Source: Candidatus Latescibacterota bacterium
GTDB taxonomy: Bacteria; Latescibacterota; UBA2968; UBA8231
Direction of reading: 5' to 3'
DNA length: 64,000 bases
NCBI GenBank assembly: GCA_965215195.1
Contig: CBDCDC010000002.1
Coordinates: 4,064,001-4,128,000, forward strand
Under the pieces are notes generated by a model, which was not told where the DNA came from, searched no databases, and saw only the letters and a program-made list of their open reading frames with translations. Shown in pieces: positions 9,917 to 17,901 of the stretch (its first letter is position 1; every line of letters starts with the position of its first letter). The position numbers and the translations under genes were made by a program.

Positions 9917-10906
9917 TTAAACGCTGCGGTTGTGGATCCAACTAAACCGCAGCGGCGCGGCGTGGGTCTGCCGCCGCTCGTTGCGCTCGGCCAACTTGGC
10001 GTAGCGCGGCCCGAGCTTGCACAAATAGTCTTGGGCGGCGGCCGCTTCGCCCGTGAGGCCGCAGAGCGAATCCAACCCCCACTGGCGGACCAAGTGTTGG
10101 GTGATTTCGGCGTAGTGCTTGGCCGTGTACACCCCGAGTCGCTGGGCCACGATAGAGAAGTGTTCAAAGAGGTTGGGGTCCTGCCCGTCGGTCATCAGGT
10201 GAGCGGGCATGACGACTTGGCGTTTCATCAGGTCGCGGAAAGCCAATACCGCGCCCTTTGGATCTAGCTCGAAAATTTTCTTGATAAAGTTCGTGTACGC
10301 CTTTTCGTGGCGGGCTTCGTCGCCGGCCACGACGCCACAGATGGTCTTGAGGTGCGAATCGCCGGCCTTTTGCGCTAAGCGGGCTACGTTGCTGTGGGAG
10401 ATGCGGGTCGCCCGCTCTTGGAAAGAGGTATAGACGAAACCCTTGTAGGGATCTTGGGCGGCCTGCGGGTTGAAGCCATTGCGCAGCAGGTGTTGGATCG
10501 TCGTCTCGATAGCGCGCATATCGACGCGGCCCGTGAGAAAGAGGTATTTGTTGAGCAGGTCGCCGTGGCGATTTTCTTCGGCCGTCCAACCGCGCGACCA
10601 CTGGGCCCACGGGCTAGGATCCGTGCCGGTGGTGTCTGACACGCCTTCAAAGCTGTTGAGCAAGGTCTGATAGGTGGGCAGGGCTTCCTCGGTGATCATG
10701 TCGCCGACGAGGACGACGAGGACGTCGTCGGGAAGCGCTTGGGCGCGGGTGCGGAATTCGCGGATGGAGTCTTCCCAGTTTTCCTCGCCCACATTGGGGA
10801 GAAAATCGTCGGGCTGCCAACTGTCTTCTACGGGCTTGAGCAACTGGAGCTGGCCCCTGACAAAATCCTCCATGCTCGCAATGACTTCTCTCTTGTGCGG
10901 ATTCAA
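9917..10906 (-). CDS. Soluble acyl-ACP desaturase (ferritin-like di-iron, DesA/stearoyl-ACP desaturase family)
   Basis: SWQPDDFLP, DMITEEALPTY, WTAEENRHG, YTSFQERAT, DEARHE motifs. Confidence 0.95.
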   Translation of the reverse strand: MNPHKREVIASMEDFVRGQLQLLKPVEDSWQPDDFLPNVGEENWEDSIREFRTRAQALPDDVLVVLVGDMITEEALPTYQTLLNSFEGVSDTTGTDPSPWAQWSRGWTAEENRHGDLLNKYLFLTGRVDMRAIETTIQHLLRNGFNPQAAQDPYKGFVYTSFQERATRISHSNVARLAQKAGDSHLKTICGVVAGDEARHEKAYTNFIKKIFELDPKGAVLAFRDLMKRQVVMPAHLMTDGQDPNLFEHFSIVAQRLGVYTAKHYAEITQHLVRQWGLDSLCGLTGEAAAAQDYLCKLGPRYAKLAERNERRQTHAAPLRFSWIHNRSV

Positions 10907-11045
10907 CTGAGTTTCTCCATCACTGAGGGATTGAAAGATACCCTAACCGGGTACGCGGGCAGCATGGTTTTATAAGTATAAATTATTGAATATAAGACAA
11001 AATGGACAAGTTAAGCTATTGATTCAAGCGGTGTATGTGAATAAA

Positions 11046-11073
11046 ACATTTGTTTCATATATAAAACAAATGT
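11046..11073. promoter_or_regulatory. Palindromic operator candidate in AT-rich intergenic region
   Basis: ACATTTGTTT-catatata-AAACAAATGT, perfect 10-bp inverted arms. Confidence 0.55.
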
Positions 11074-11247
11074 AGAATAATATAAACTTGCTCCTTTAGC
11101 CCGTCAACGTGCGCCGCAATGTGAGTGCGAGCGGCTGGCGCCTCTCGCCCAAAGTGGCGGATGCCGCCATAAACGCGGGCGGTGCCCACGCTCCTCTTAA
11201 AATCCTATCTGATTGTTTACAATTGAGTTGTGCGCCGCGCAAAACAG

Positions 11248-11263
11248 CGGTACGCCCTTTGCT
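11248..11263 (+). promoter_or_regulatory. sigma54 (-24/-12) promoter candidate
   Basis: CGGTACG-CCCT-TTGCT with GG-N10-GC spacing, about 40 bp before the HTH-pspA operon. Confidence 0.65.
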
Positions 11264-11304
11264 AATAAACTGGGTGAATCCCTTACCCCAACAAGGAGGA
11301 TACC

Positions 11305-11514
11305 TTGGTCAACAAAGGATTTAGCAAGGAGCAGATCGAGCGCGTAGCGCGGATGTACAAATGCAATCAGGACGCTAGCCGGGTGCTGGGGATCACGATA
11401 CGCAGCTTTAGTCGGCTTTGCCGCAAATACGACATTGAATCGCCTTTTGCGCGGCACCAGCGGCAGCGCTGTCAGGCGACCAAAAGCACTAACCCCACTT
11501 CACCGCGCCTTTAG
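11305..11514 (+). CDS. Small stand-alone Fis-like helix-turn-helix protein
   Basis: AGGAGG RBS, TTG start; CNQDASRVLGITIRSFSRLCRKYDI resembles a Fis/bEBP C-terminal HTH. Confidence 0.7.
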   Translation: MVNKGFSKEQIERVARMYKCNQDASRVLGITIRSFSRLCRKYDIESPFARHQRQRCQATKSTNPTSPRL

Positions 11515-11535
11515 GCGCGACATAGGAGGCATATC

Positions 11536-12204
11536 ATGGGAGCAATAGAGCGGATCGCCGCCATTTGGAAGGCGAATCTCAACGAGGCGCTGGACCGGAT
11601 CGAAGATCCAGCAAAGATGGTGGATCAGATCGTCCGCGACGCAGAGTGTGCCGTTGACCAAGCTGGAGCCGCTCTGGTTAAGGCGCGGGCTACCAAGCGG
11701 CGTCTAGAGCGCGACCTCCAGCGTAACGCCGAGCAGATGCAGATGTGGCAAGCGAAGGCCGCAGCCGCGGTGGAGGCCGGCAACGACGAGGGTGCGCGGC
11801 TCGCCTTGATACAGAAGACGGAGCTGGACCAAGCGCACGTGCGGCTGGAATCGGCCCTCGCAGAGAGCGGCGATACCGTGGTCCAGCTAGAGGAGCAGGT
11901 CGAGATCCTACGCCAAAAGCTGCGCGATATCCGCACGCGGCGGGGCAAGCTGATCGCCCGCTGTCGCGCCGAGCGCGAGCGCGGCGTAGCATTTGGCGAA
12001 GACGCGTCCGCGCTCCGCTTTGCCGCGATCGCGCAGCGGGTGCAGCAAAGCGAGCGCGAACTGGCGCGCTTTGAGGAACAGGTGGATCAGACAGCCGCTG
12101 AGGCCGAAGTGCTGCGCGAATTAGCCGCCGAGCGCCGCGCTGAGCGCGACCGCAAAGTCGCAGAGGAACTAGCCGCGCTGAAAGCGGCTTCACCCCGCCT
12201 TTAG
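11536..12204 (+). CDS. pspA: PspA/IM30 family protein
   Basis: KANLNEALDRIEDPAKMVDQ, WQAKAAAAVEAGNDEGARLAL, coiled coil, AEELAALKA terminus; AGGAGG RBS. Confidence 0.9.
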   Translation: MGAIERIAAIWKANLNEALDRIEDPAKMVDQIVRDAECAVDQAGAALVKARATKRRLERDLQRNAEQMQMWQAKAAAAVEAGNDEGARLALIQKTELDQAHVRLESALAESGDTVVQLEEQVEILRQKLRDIRTRRGKLIARCRAERERGVAFGEDASALRFAAIAQRVQQSERELARFEEQVDQTAAEAEVLRELAAERRAERDRKVAEELAALKAASPRL

Positions 12205-12237
12205 GCGACGCTAAAGGCATCGTAAAGGAGGCCGGTC

Positions 12238-12609
12238 ATGTTGGCCAGAATACTAGGTGTGATATTGCTAATTGGGGGCGTTGCTTGGGGGCTCAAGCTG
12301 ATTTGGCCCTTGTTCGGCAGCCTCTTTGGGTTGCTCGGCGCGGTTGCAGTCGGCCTCTTGGCTGCCGGAGCGCTCTACATAGGTCTGCGCTGGCTGCGCG
12401 GCGAGAGCATCTTGGGCCGGGTCGTCGGGGCCTTGGCCTTACTCGCCGGGGTCTATCTGGCCTTTAAGGCCGCGTTGAGCTTAGTGGCCGGCGTCTTTGG
12501 TGCCGCGTTCTTGCTGCTGCAAGTTGCCTTGGTGCTGGCGATTTTCTACGTGGGCTGGAGGTGGCTGGACAACGGCGAGTTCAGCCTGCGGGGACGAGGC
12601 GACTTCTAA
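12238..12609 (+). CDS. Small integral membrane protein (about 4 TM, internal duplication)
   Basis: AAGGAGG RBS; hydrophobic; two similar halves each ending Y(I/V)G(L/W)RWL. Confidence 0.8.
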   Translation: MLARILGVILLIGGVAWGLKLIWPLFGSLFGLLGAVAVGLLAAGALYIGLRWLRGESILGRVVGALALLAGVYLAFKAALSLVAGVFGAAFLLLQVALVLAIFYVGWRWLDNGEFSLRGRGDF

Positions 12610-12659
12610 AGCGGCTTTCGGAAGAGCCTGAGCTAGGGTACAGTGAGGTGGGGGTAGCC

Positions 12660-12688
12660 TTGACTTTGTATGATATGCTCATTATAAA
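12660..12688 (+). promoter_or_regulatory. sigma70-type promoter
   Basis: TTGACT-17 bp-TATAAA. Confidence 0.6.
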
Positions 12689-12736
12689 AGAAAGGTAGCA
12701 GGTAGTACAACTTATCTCATAAATGCCCACCCTCTC

Positions 12737-12772
12737 GTATGGGGCGTTCCTAGTGGACGCCCCATACTTTTT
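12737..12772 (+). terminator. Rho-independent terminator within a leader
   Basis: GTATGGGGCGT...ACGCCCCATAC stem followed by TTTTT. Confidence 0.75.
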
Positions 12773-12792
12773 ACTCCGCTCAATCAGGAAAG

Positions 12793-13458
12793 GTGTTTAT
12801 ATGGCGAACCCCGTCAGTTGTTGAGATATTTAAGGAGTATCAGCCCCCAACTTCCGATAAGCCATCACCAAGTCCGCTCAATATCCGTGATGCAGTCCAC
12901 TCGGTTAATTCCAATTTGGATATTATTCCCTCGAAGTTTGATTTTTCCGATCACCTGATTGACTCAATTAAGCCTGATCCTCGAGTTCTGGCGCGGCTCA
13001 TTGCCCGTGATTTTCAGGACAAAAATCTCATACTCATAGATTGCGCTCCGACTGAGTCGATATTTACTCAGGCTGCGTATCACGCATCTCGTTACATTCT
13101 TGTTCCCGTCAAACCAGAGTACTTCGCTACCATTGGCTTCCCGTTACTAAATGATTCCCTTACTAAATTCAAGGACGAGAATCGAGGCCACTTGATTGAT
13201 GTCATCGGGGTGGTCATCAATAATTCCACTTATCAAAGTTCCAACTCTGGAGGGCCTGAATCAAAAAGAGCAAAGGGGGAGATACGTGACGAGGCAGCTA
13301 AGAATGGATGGCACGTATTCTCGCAAGAGATACCTTTTTCCCGTGGGTTTCCTAAAATGATGCGCGGCGATTTCAATCATCTTGGAGATGCCAAAGAGTT
13401 TCAGTTTTTTGCGAAGAGTTTTTTCGCAAAACTTGGATTTTTATTCAAGTTTTTTTAA
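12793..13458 (+). pseudogene. N-terminally truncated ParA/Soj-family ATPase
   Basis: NLDIIPS, LILIDCAP, YILVPVKPE, IGVVINN motifs present but no Walker A (KGGxGKT); visibly AT-rich; the RBS-bearing ATG at 12801 is out of frame. Confidence 0.75.
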
Positions 13459-14078
13459 GAGTATGTTTATATGGGAGATTGAGAGCGTATGAATAATCCT
13501 ATTGAAGCGGCACTACGCCCAATAGTCCGCCAGTATGGCTTAGGGAGTGTTCTTGAATCTCTGGGTAAAATTGCGGACGCTCAACGCGAAAGTTCTGTGC
13601 AGGCCGGAGCAGGCACTGGGAAGAAGCCCAAGAAGCGCAGTGTAAAAGCTACGGCATCAGAATACGTTTCCAAGTTGGAACTCTCCTTAGAGAAGGGAGC
13701 ACCAGTAGTTGAGCTTGCAGAGCACTTTGAGCGCAAGGCGTTTTTGCCCACTGTTGGCGATATTGCTCACTTCTGTCAGATGTACGGAATTGAGGTGCCG
13801 GCCTCCAAGACTCGCGCAAGTGCCATCCCAAGGGTTTTCAAGCACATAGCATCGATGGAAACCGAAGCAATTCAAAGGATATTGGACGATGGGCTATTCT
13901 CCGGCCCAGCGCGTTTAGGGCCTATTGCGGATGCAATCCGGCGCAATGGCAGAAGCAGCCCCCCTCCTGACTCCTCGCCAGCGCACGACGCTGCTCGCCA
14001 GCCTACCGAGAGACATCCATAGCCCGAAACCGGCGCCGGCGTGGGCGACTCGTCCAGCAGCACCTAGACAACGGCGAG
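13450..14078 (+). repeat. 629-bp inverted repeat, copy 1
   Basis: Reverse complement of 17902-18530; both boundaries read directly; the enclosed 177-aa ORFs are identical. Confidence 0.95.
13489..14022 (+). CDS. Hypothetical protein (177 aa), downstream partner of the ParA-like gene
   Basis: ORF track; GGGAG upstream; identical copy at 17958-18491. Confidence 0.75.
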   Translation: MNNPIEAALRPIVRQYGLGSVLESLGKIADAQRESSVQAGAGTGKKPKKRSVKATASEYVSKLELSLEKGAPVVELAEHFERKAFLPTVGDIAHFCQMYGIEVPASKTRASAIPRVFKHIASMETEAIQRILDDGLFSGPARLGPIADAIRRNGRSSPPPDSSPAHDAARQPTERHP

Positions 14079-14160
14079 CAATGGGCCGCTACCCAAGCCA
14101 AACGGCTATTCGACGAAGAACTGGGCAGCGATTCTCGGGAAGGATGACGCCCTAAGAAGC

Positions 14161-15225
14161 CTAGCGATATTTCTCTTTGAGAAGGTCCACCGCGTCTTTC
14201 ACCTGCTGCGCCGCCCCCTTCGCGCACACCAACAGCGCGTCTTCAGTATCCACCACGACCAAGTCCTCTACCCCCAATAGCAGCACGATTTTGTCGGCCT
14301 GCCCGTACACCGTCGAACGGGCCGCGTCCAACGCCACCACCTCGCCCGCCAGCAAATTGCCCGCTGCATCTGTCGGCAATACGTCCGTCAGTGCCGTCCA
14401 AGAGCCGATGTCGCCCCAGTCGATAGCCGCCTCTAGCGTGGCCACCTTGGGGGTGCGCTCGACCAAGGCGTGGTCGATGGAAATCGGCTTGAGTTTTGGA
14501 TACTCGCAGGCGATGACCGCTTCCTCTTGTGGCGTGCCAACGGCGGCTTGGATGCGCCGCAATCCGGCGTGCATTTCCGGCTCAAAGCAGGCGAGAAGCT
14601 CCAGCACGGTCGCCGCCTTCCAGACAAACGTGTTGCTGTTCCACAAATAGTGGCCGCTGGCTGCGTACTCGGCCGCCTGTTGTTCGGCAGGCTTTTCAGT
14701 AAACTCGGCGACTGCGTACACCGGCGTCCCGCGCACCTGTGCCAGCACGGGGCCGCGGCGGATATAGCCATAACCGGTCTCAGCGCGCGTCGGCTTGACT
14801 CCGAGCGTGAGCAAGTAGTCCGGCCGGTCGGTTAGGGCTTGGTTGGCGACCTGCAACAAGCGGCAGAACTCCTCGGGCCGACCTATGTAGTGGTCCGATC
14901 CCAAGCTAGCGACCGTGCATCCCGGATGGCGGGCCTCCAACAGTGCGCATTCCAAGCCGATGGCCGGCCCGGTATTGCGCAGCACCGGCTCGACGATTAG
15001 CTGCTCGGGCAGCAGCGTCGGCACCTGCTCGCTCACCAGCGACCGAAGCTGGCGGCCAGTCGATACGTACACATCGGCCGGCGCGGCAATCGCGCCAATG
15101 CGGGCGACCGCGTCTTGGAGCATGGTCTGCTCGCCGGCCATGCAGTGGAACTGCTTGGGCTTGTGTGCGCGGCTATAGGGCCATAGCCGCGTACCGACCC
15201 CTCCAGCGCGAATGACGAATTTCAT
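14161..15225 (-). CDS. manC: Mannose-1-phosphate guanylyltransferase
   Basis: AGGVGTRLWPYSRAHKPKQF, EPVLRNTGPA, SDHYI, ETGYGYI, FTEKP, SIDHALVE, WGDIGSW. Confidence 0.92.
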   Translation of the reverse strand: MKFVIRAGGVGTRLWPYSRAHKPKQFHCMAGEQTMLQDAVARIGAIAAPADVYVSTGRQLRSLVSEQVPTLLPEQLIVEPVLRNTGPAIGLECALLEARHPGCTVASLGSDHYIGRPEEFCRLLQVANQALTDRPDYLLTLGVKPTRAETGYGYIRRGPVLAQVRGTPVYAVAEFTEKPAEQQAAEYAASGHYLWNSNTFVWKAATVLELLACFEPEMHAGLRRIQAAVGTPQEEAVIACEYPKLKPISIDHALVERTPKVATLEAAIDWGDIGSWTALTDVLPTDAAGNLLAGEVVALDAARSTVYGQADKIVLLLGVEDLVVVDTEDALLVCAKGAAQQVKDAVDLLKEKYR

Positions 15226-15364
15226 TGGTTGACACTCCCGTACAGGTGAATTCAGCGCCGGGCAATATAACTAATCGCCCGGACTTGAGCAGGGCGCACT
15301 ATTGACAGCTTAACCTGATGCTGTACTATGTCCTTCATTATAGAAATTCCACGAGGAGCTTCGC

Positions 15365-16621
15365 ATGGCGTACCCGCAATTCGACCAAGTCCCCAACCAC
15401 TATGCCGGCCCCGTCATCCAGCGCGTCAAGGACTACCGCCTGAAAAACGGCAAGCGCTCGCTGTGCCCGACGCTCCTGCAAATCGGCCAGCTACAGGTCT
15501 TAATCCCCCGGCACTTTGGCTTTTGCTTTGGGGTTGAGCGGGCCATTCACATGGCCTTTTCAGCCCTAAAGGAGAACCCGGATCGCAAGGCGTACCTCGT
15601 CAGCGAGATCATCCACAACCCCTTGGTCAACAACGACCTCAAAAAGCAAGGCGTCCGCTTCATCTACGACTCCGAGGGGGACCGCCAAATCTCCGAAGAG
15701 GAGCTGAACAGCGACGATATCGCGCTCATCCCGGCCTTTGGCACCACCATGCAGATCGAGGAATCGCTCCGCCAGAGCGGCATCGACATCGAGTCCGAGG
15801 AATACCGGGAAAATTACGATACCACCTGCCCCTTTGTGTCCAAAGTGTGGAAGCGCGGTGAGGAGCTAGGCCGCCAAGGCTATACCATCATCATCCACGG
15901 CAAGTACAACCACGCCGAGACCCAAGCGACTCATTCGCACACCGAGGGACACACCAAGACCCTAGTGGTGTTCGACGCCGCCGAAGCCGAGAAGGTGGCT
16001 GCGTACATCGCGGGCGCGATGCCGCTCGCCGACTTTGAGCGCACCTTTGCCGGCAAAAGCTCAGAAGGCTTCGACCCACAAAAGGACCTAGAGCGGGTGG
16101 CCGTGGTCAACCAGACGACCATGCTCGCCGAGGAAACTCAAGAAGTGGCCGCAATTTTGCGCCGCGCCATGCGCCAGCGCTATGGCGAGGAAAACCTCGA
16201 CTACCACTGCGCCGACACCAATGACACGCTGTGCTACGCCACTCACCAAAACCAGAACGCCACGCGCTCGCTGCTAAGCTCTGGAGCCGATTTGGCCCTG
16301 ATCGTCGGCGGCTACAATAGCTCGAACACCTCCCATTTAGTCGAGCTGTGCCGCCAATCCATGCCGAGCTTCCTCATCGCCAACAGCGACGAGATCCTAT
16401 CGGACCAGCGCATTCGCCATTTCGACGTCTACGCCAAAAAAATAATCGAGAGCGAGGGTTGGCTGCCGCGCCCCCTACCCATGCGGCTGATCATTACCTC
16501 GGGCGCGTCCTGCCCGGATATCCTCATGAACCAAGTACTGGAAAAGGTCGCCGGCTTGTACGGGTACGGCGCACAAGAAATCGACACCGCCCGCTTGCAG
16601 ATCTTTGAGGAGAGCCTGTGA
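15365..16621 (+). CDS. ispH: 4-hydroxy-3-methylbut-2-enyl diphosphate reductase
   Basis: FGFCFGVERA, EIIHNP, DTTCPFV, VNQTT, DTLCYAT, GGYNSSNT, TSGASCP; TTGACA-16-TACTAT at 15302-15329. Confidence 0.95.
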   Translation: MAYPQFDQVPNHYAGPVIQRVKDYRLKNGKRSLCPTLLQIGQLQVLIPRHFGFCFGVERAIHMAFSALKENPDRKAYLVSEIIHNPLVNNDLKKQGVRFIYDSEGDRQISEEELNSDDIALIPAFGTTMQIEESLRQSGIDIESEEYRENYDTTCPFVSKVWKRGEELGRQGYTIIIHGKYNHAETQATHSHTEGHTKTLVVFDAAEAEKVAAYIAGAMPLADFERTFAGKSSEGFDPQKDLERVAVVNQTTMLAEETQEVAAILRRAMRQRYGEENLDYHCADTNDTLCYATHQNQNATRSLLSSGADLALIVGGYNSSNTSHLVELCRQSMPSFLIANSDEILSDQRIRHFDVYAKKIIESEGWLPRPLPMRLIITSGASCPDILMNQVLEKVAGLYGYGAQEIDTARLQIFEESL

Positions 16622-16920
16622 TACTCGGCCTCGTCAAAGGGCACGTGGTCTCCAGCGCCAAGGTAGATGCGCTCGCGGGCGAGAAACTCTTAATAGTCGA
16701 AATCCTCGCTGCCACGCCCGAGGGATTGGAGCGCACCCAGAAGCACCTCGTCTGCATCGACGCCGTGCAAGCAGGCGAAGGTGCGCTCGTCGTCGTCGTG
16801 CAGGGCAGTTCGGCGCGGCAGGCACCGGGCATGGATCAGATACCCGTAGATGCGCTGATCATCGGCATCGTGGATTCGCTACAGGCGTTTGGACGCACCC
16901 TAGAAAATCAAGTCGCATGA
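16618..16920 (+). CDS. eutN: EutN/CcmL family microcompartment vertex protein (BMC-P) 1
   Basis: MILGLVKGHVVSSAK...CIDAVQAGEG...QGSSAR...PVDALIIGIVD; GTGA overlap with ispH. Confidence 0.92.
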   Translation: MILGLVKGHVVSSAKVDALAGEKLLIVEILAATPEGLERTQKHLVCIDAVQAGEGALVVVVQGSSARQAPGMDQIPVDALIIGIVDSLQAFGRTLENQVA

Positions 16921-17177
16921 GGGTCTGCCGCGTCATTGGCCGCGTAGTCGCCAGCAGCAAACATTCCTTGCTCGCCGGGCAGAAGATCATGGTGGTGTGC
17001 CCCGAAGGCGAGGAGGGCGGTGCTTTGCAGGTGGCGGTGGACGGGAGCCAAGCGGGGATCGGCAGCAAAGTGCTGGTCGTTCAGTCAGGTGTTGCCGGGG
17101 CTGAGGTGACCGGGACCGAGCGGCCGCCGTGCAGGAGCGTGATCGTGGGAATTATCGACGAAGGAGCCGCCGCGTGA
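16917..17177 (+). CDS. eutN: EutN/CcmL family protein (BMC-P) 2
   Basis: MRVCRVIGRVVASSKH...VAVDGSQAGIGSKVLV...VIVGIIDE; ATGA overlap. Confidence 0.88.
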   Translation: MRVCRVIGRVVASSKHSLLAGQKIMVVCPEGEEGGALQVAVDGSQAGIGSKVLVVQSGVAGAEVTGTERPPCRSVIVGIIDEGAAA

Positions 17178-17437
17178 AGCTAGCCAAGGTAGTGGGCACC
17201 GTAGTGCTCTCGCAGTGCATTGAGCCGTTCCGCGGCCACATATTGCACCTGACCCAAGACATCGACGAGTGCCTAGAGCCTGTGGGCGAGGCCGAGGTCT
17301 GCGCAACTTGGGCGGCCCTGCGCGAGGGAGACGCGGTGATCGTCGAGGTTGCGCGCGAAGCCTGCAATGCCTTCGCCCCTCCACTGCCTGTGGACGCGGC
17401 CATAGTCGGCAAGGTGGACGAGATACAGCTCGGCTAG
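17174..17437 (+). CDS. eutN: EutN/CcmL family protein (BMC-P) 3
   Basis: MKLAKVVGTVV...AREACNAF..PLPVDAAIVGKVDE; GTGA overlap. Confidence 0.85.
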   Translation: MKLAKVVGTVVLSQCIEPFRGHILHLTQDIDECLEPVGEAEVCATWAALREGDAVIVEVAREACNAFAPPLPVDAAIVGKVDEIQLG

Positions 17438-17439
17438 CC

Positions 17440-17733
17440 TCAAGCCGCACAGCGCTCGGCCCGGGCACTGCGCACCCTTTCCAACTCTAGCATCCAAGCA
17501 TCTTCGTACTGGCGCAGCACCCGATACCACGCGCTCAGATCCGCTTCGCCGCGCAGGAGCTGGCGGGCGGTTTGATCGACGACTTTCTCGGCCCGTTGCA
17601 CCCGGGGACGGGCGGCCGAGCCGCGCATGGGAATGGGGCCGAAAGCGCTTCGCACTCGATTGATGACCGCGCTGAGCTCGCCGCCCAGACGGGATACAGA
17701 TGGGGACGTGGGGGATACGCGCTGTCTGTGCAT
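17440..17733 (-). CDS. Hypothetical protein (97 aa)
   Basis: AGGAGG RBS before ATG 17733; own promoter upstream. Confidence 0.7.
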   Translation of the reverse strand: MHRQRVSPTSPSVSRLGGELSAVINRVRSAFGPIPMRGSAARPRVQRAEKVVDQTARQLLRGEADLSAWYRVLRQYEDAWMLELERVRSARAERCAA

Positions 17734-17799
17734 TGGAAACCTCCTAAGGGAGTGCCGGCGGCTCGGGGATGCGCCGGAGAGGACGTGGGGAATCGCCTT

Positions 17800-17852
17800 A
17801 CTGCACCTATGTTCACCAAGCAAAATATACTGAACATAAGTGCAGTTGTCAA
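17800..17852 (-). promoter_or_regulatory. sigma70 promoter overlapped by two inverted operator boxes
   Basis: Minus strand TTGACA(17852-17847)-17-TATATT(17829-17824); boxes ACTGCACCTATGTTCA (17800-17815) and TGAACATAAGTGCAGT (17831-17846). Confidence 0.7.
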
Positions 17853-17901
17853 GCAATTTAATCCCTTATGGCGCGTTTTTTTCGCCCTCAAACCCTCCAT
17901 C

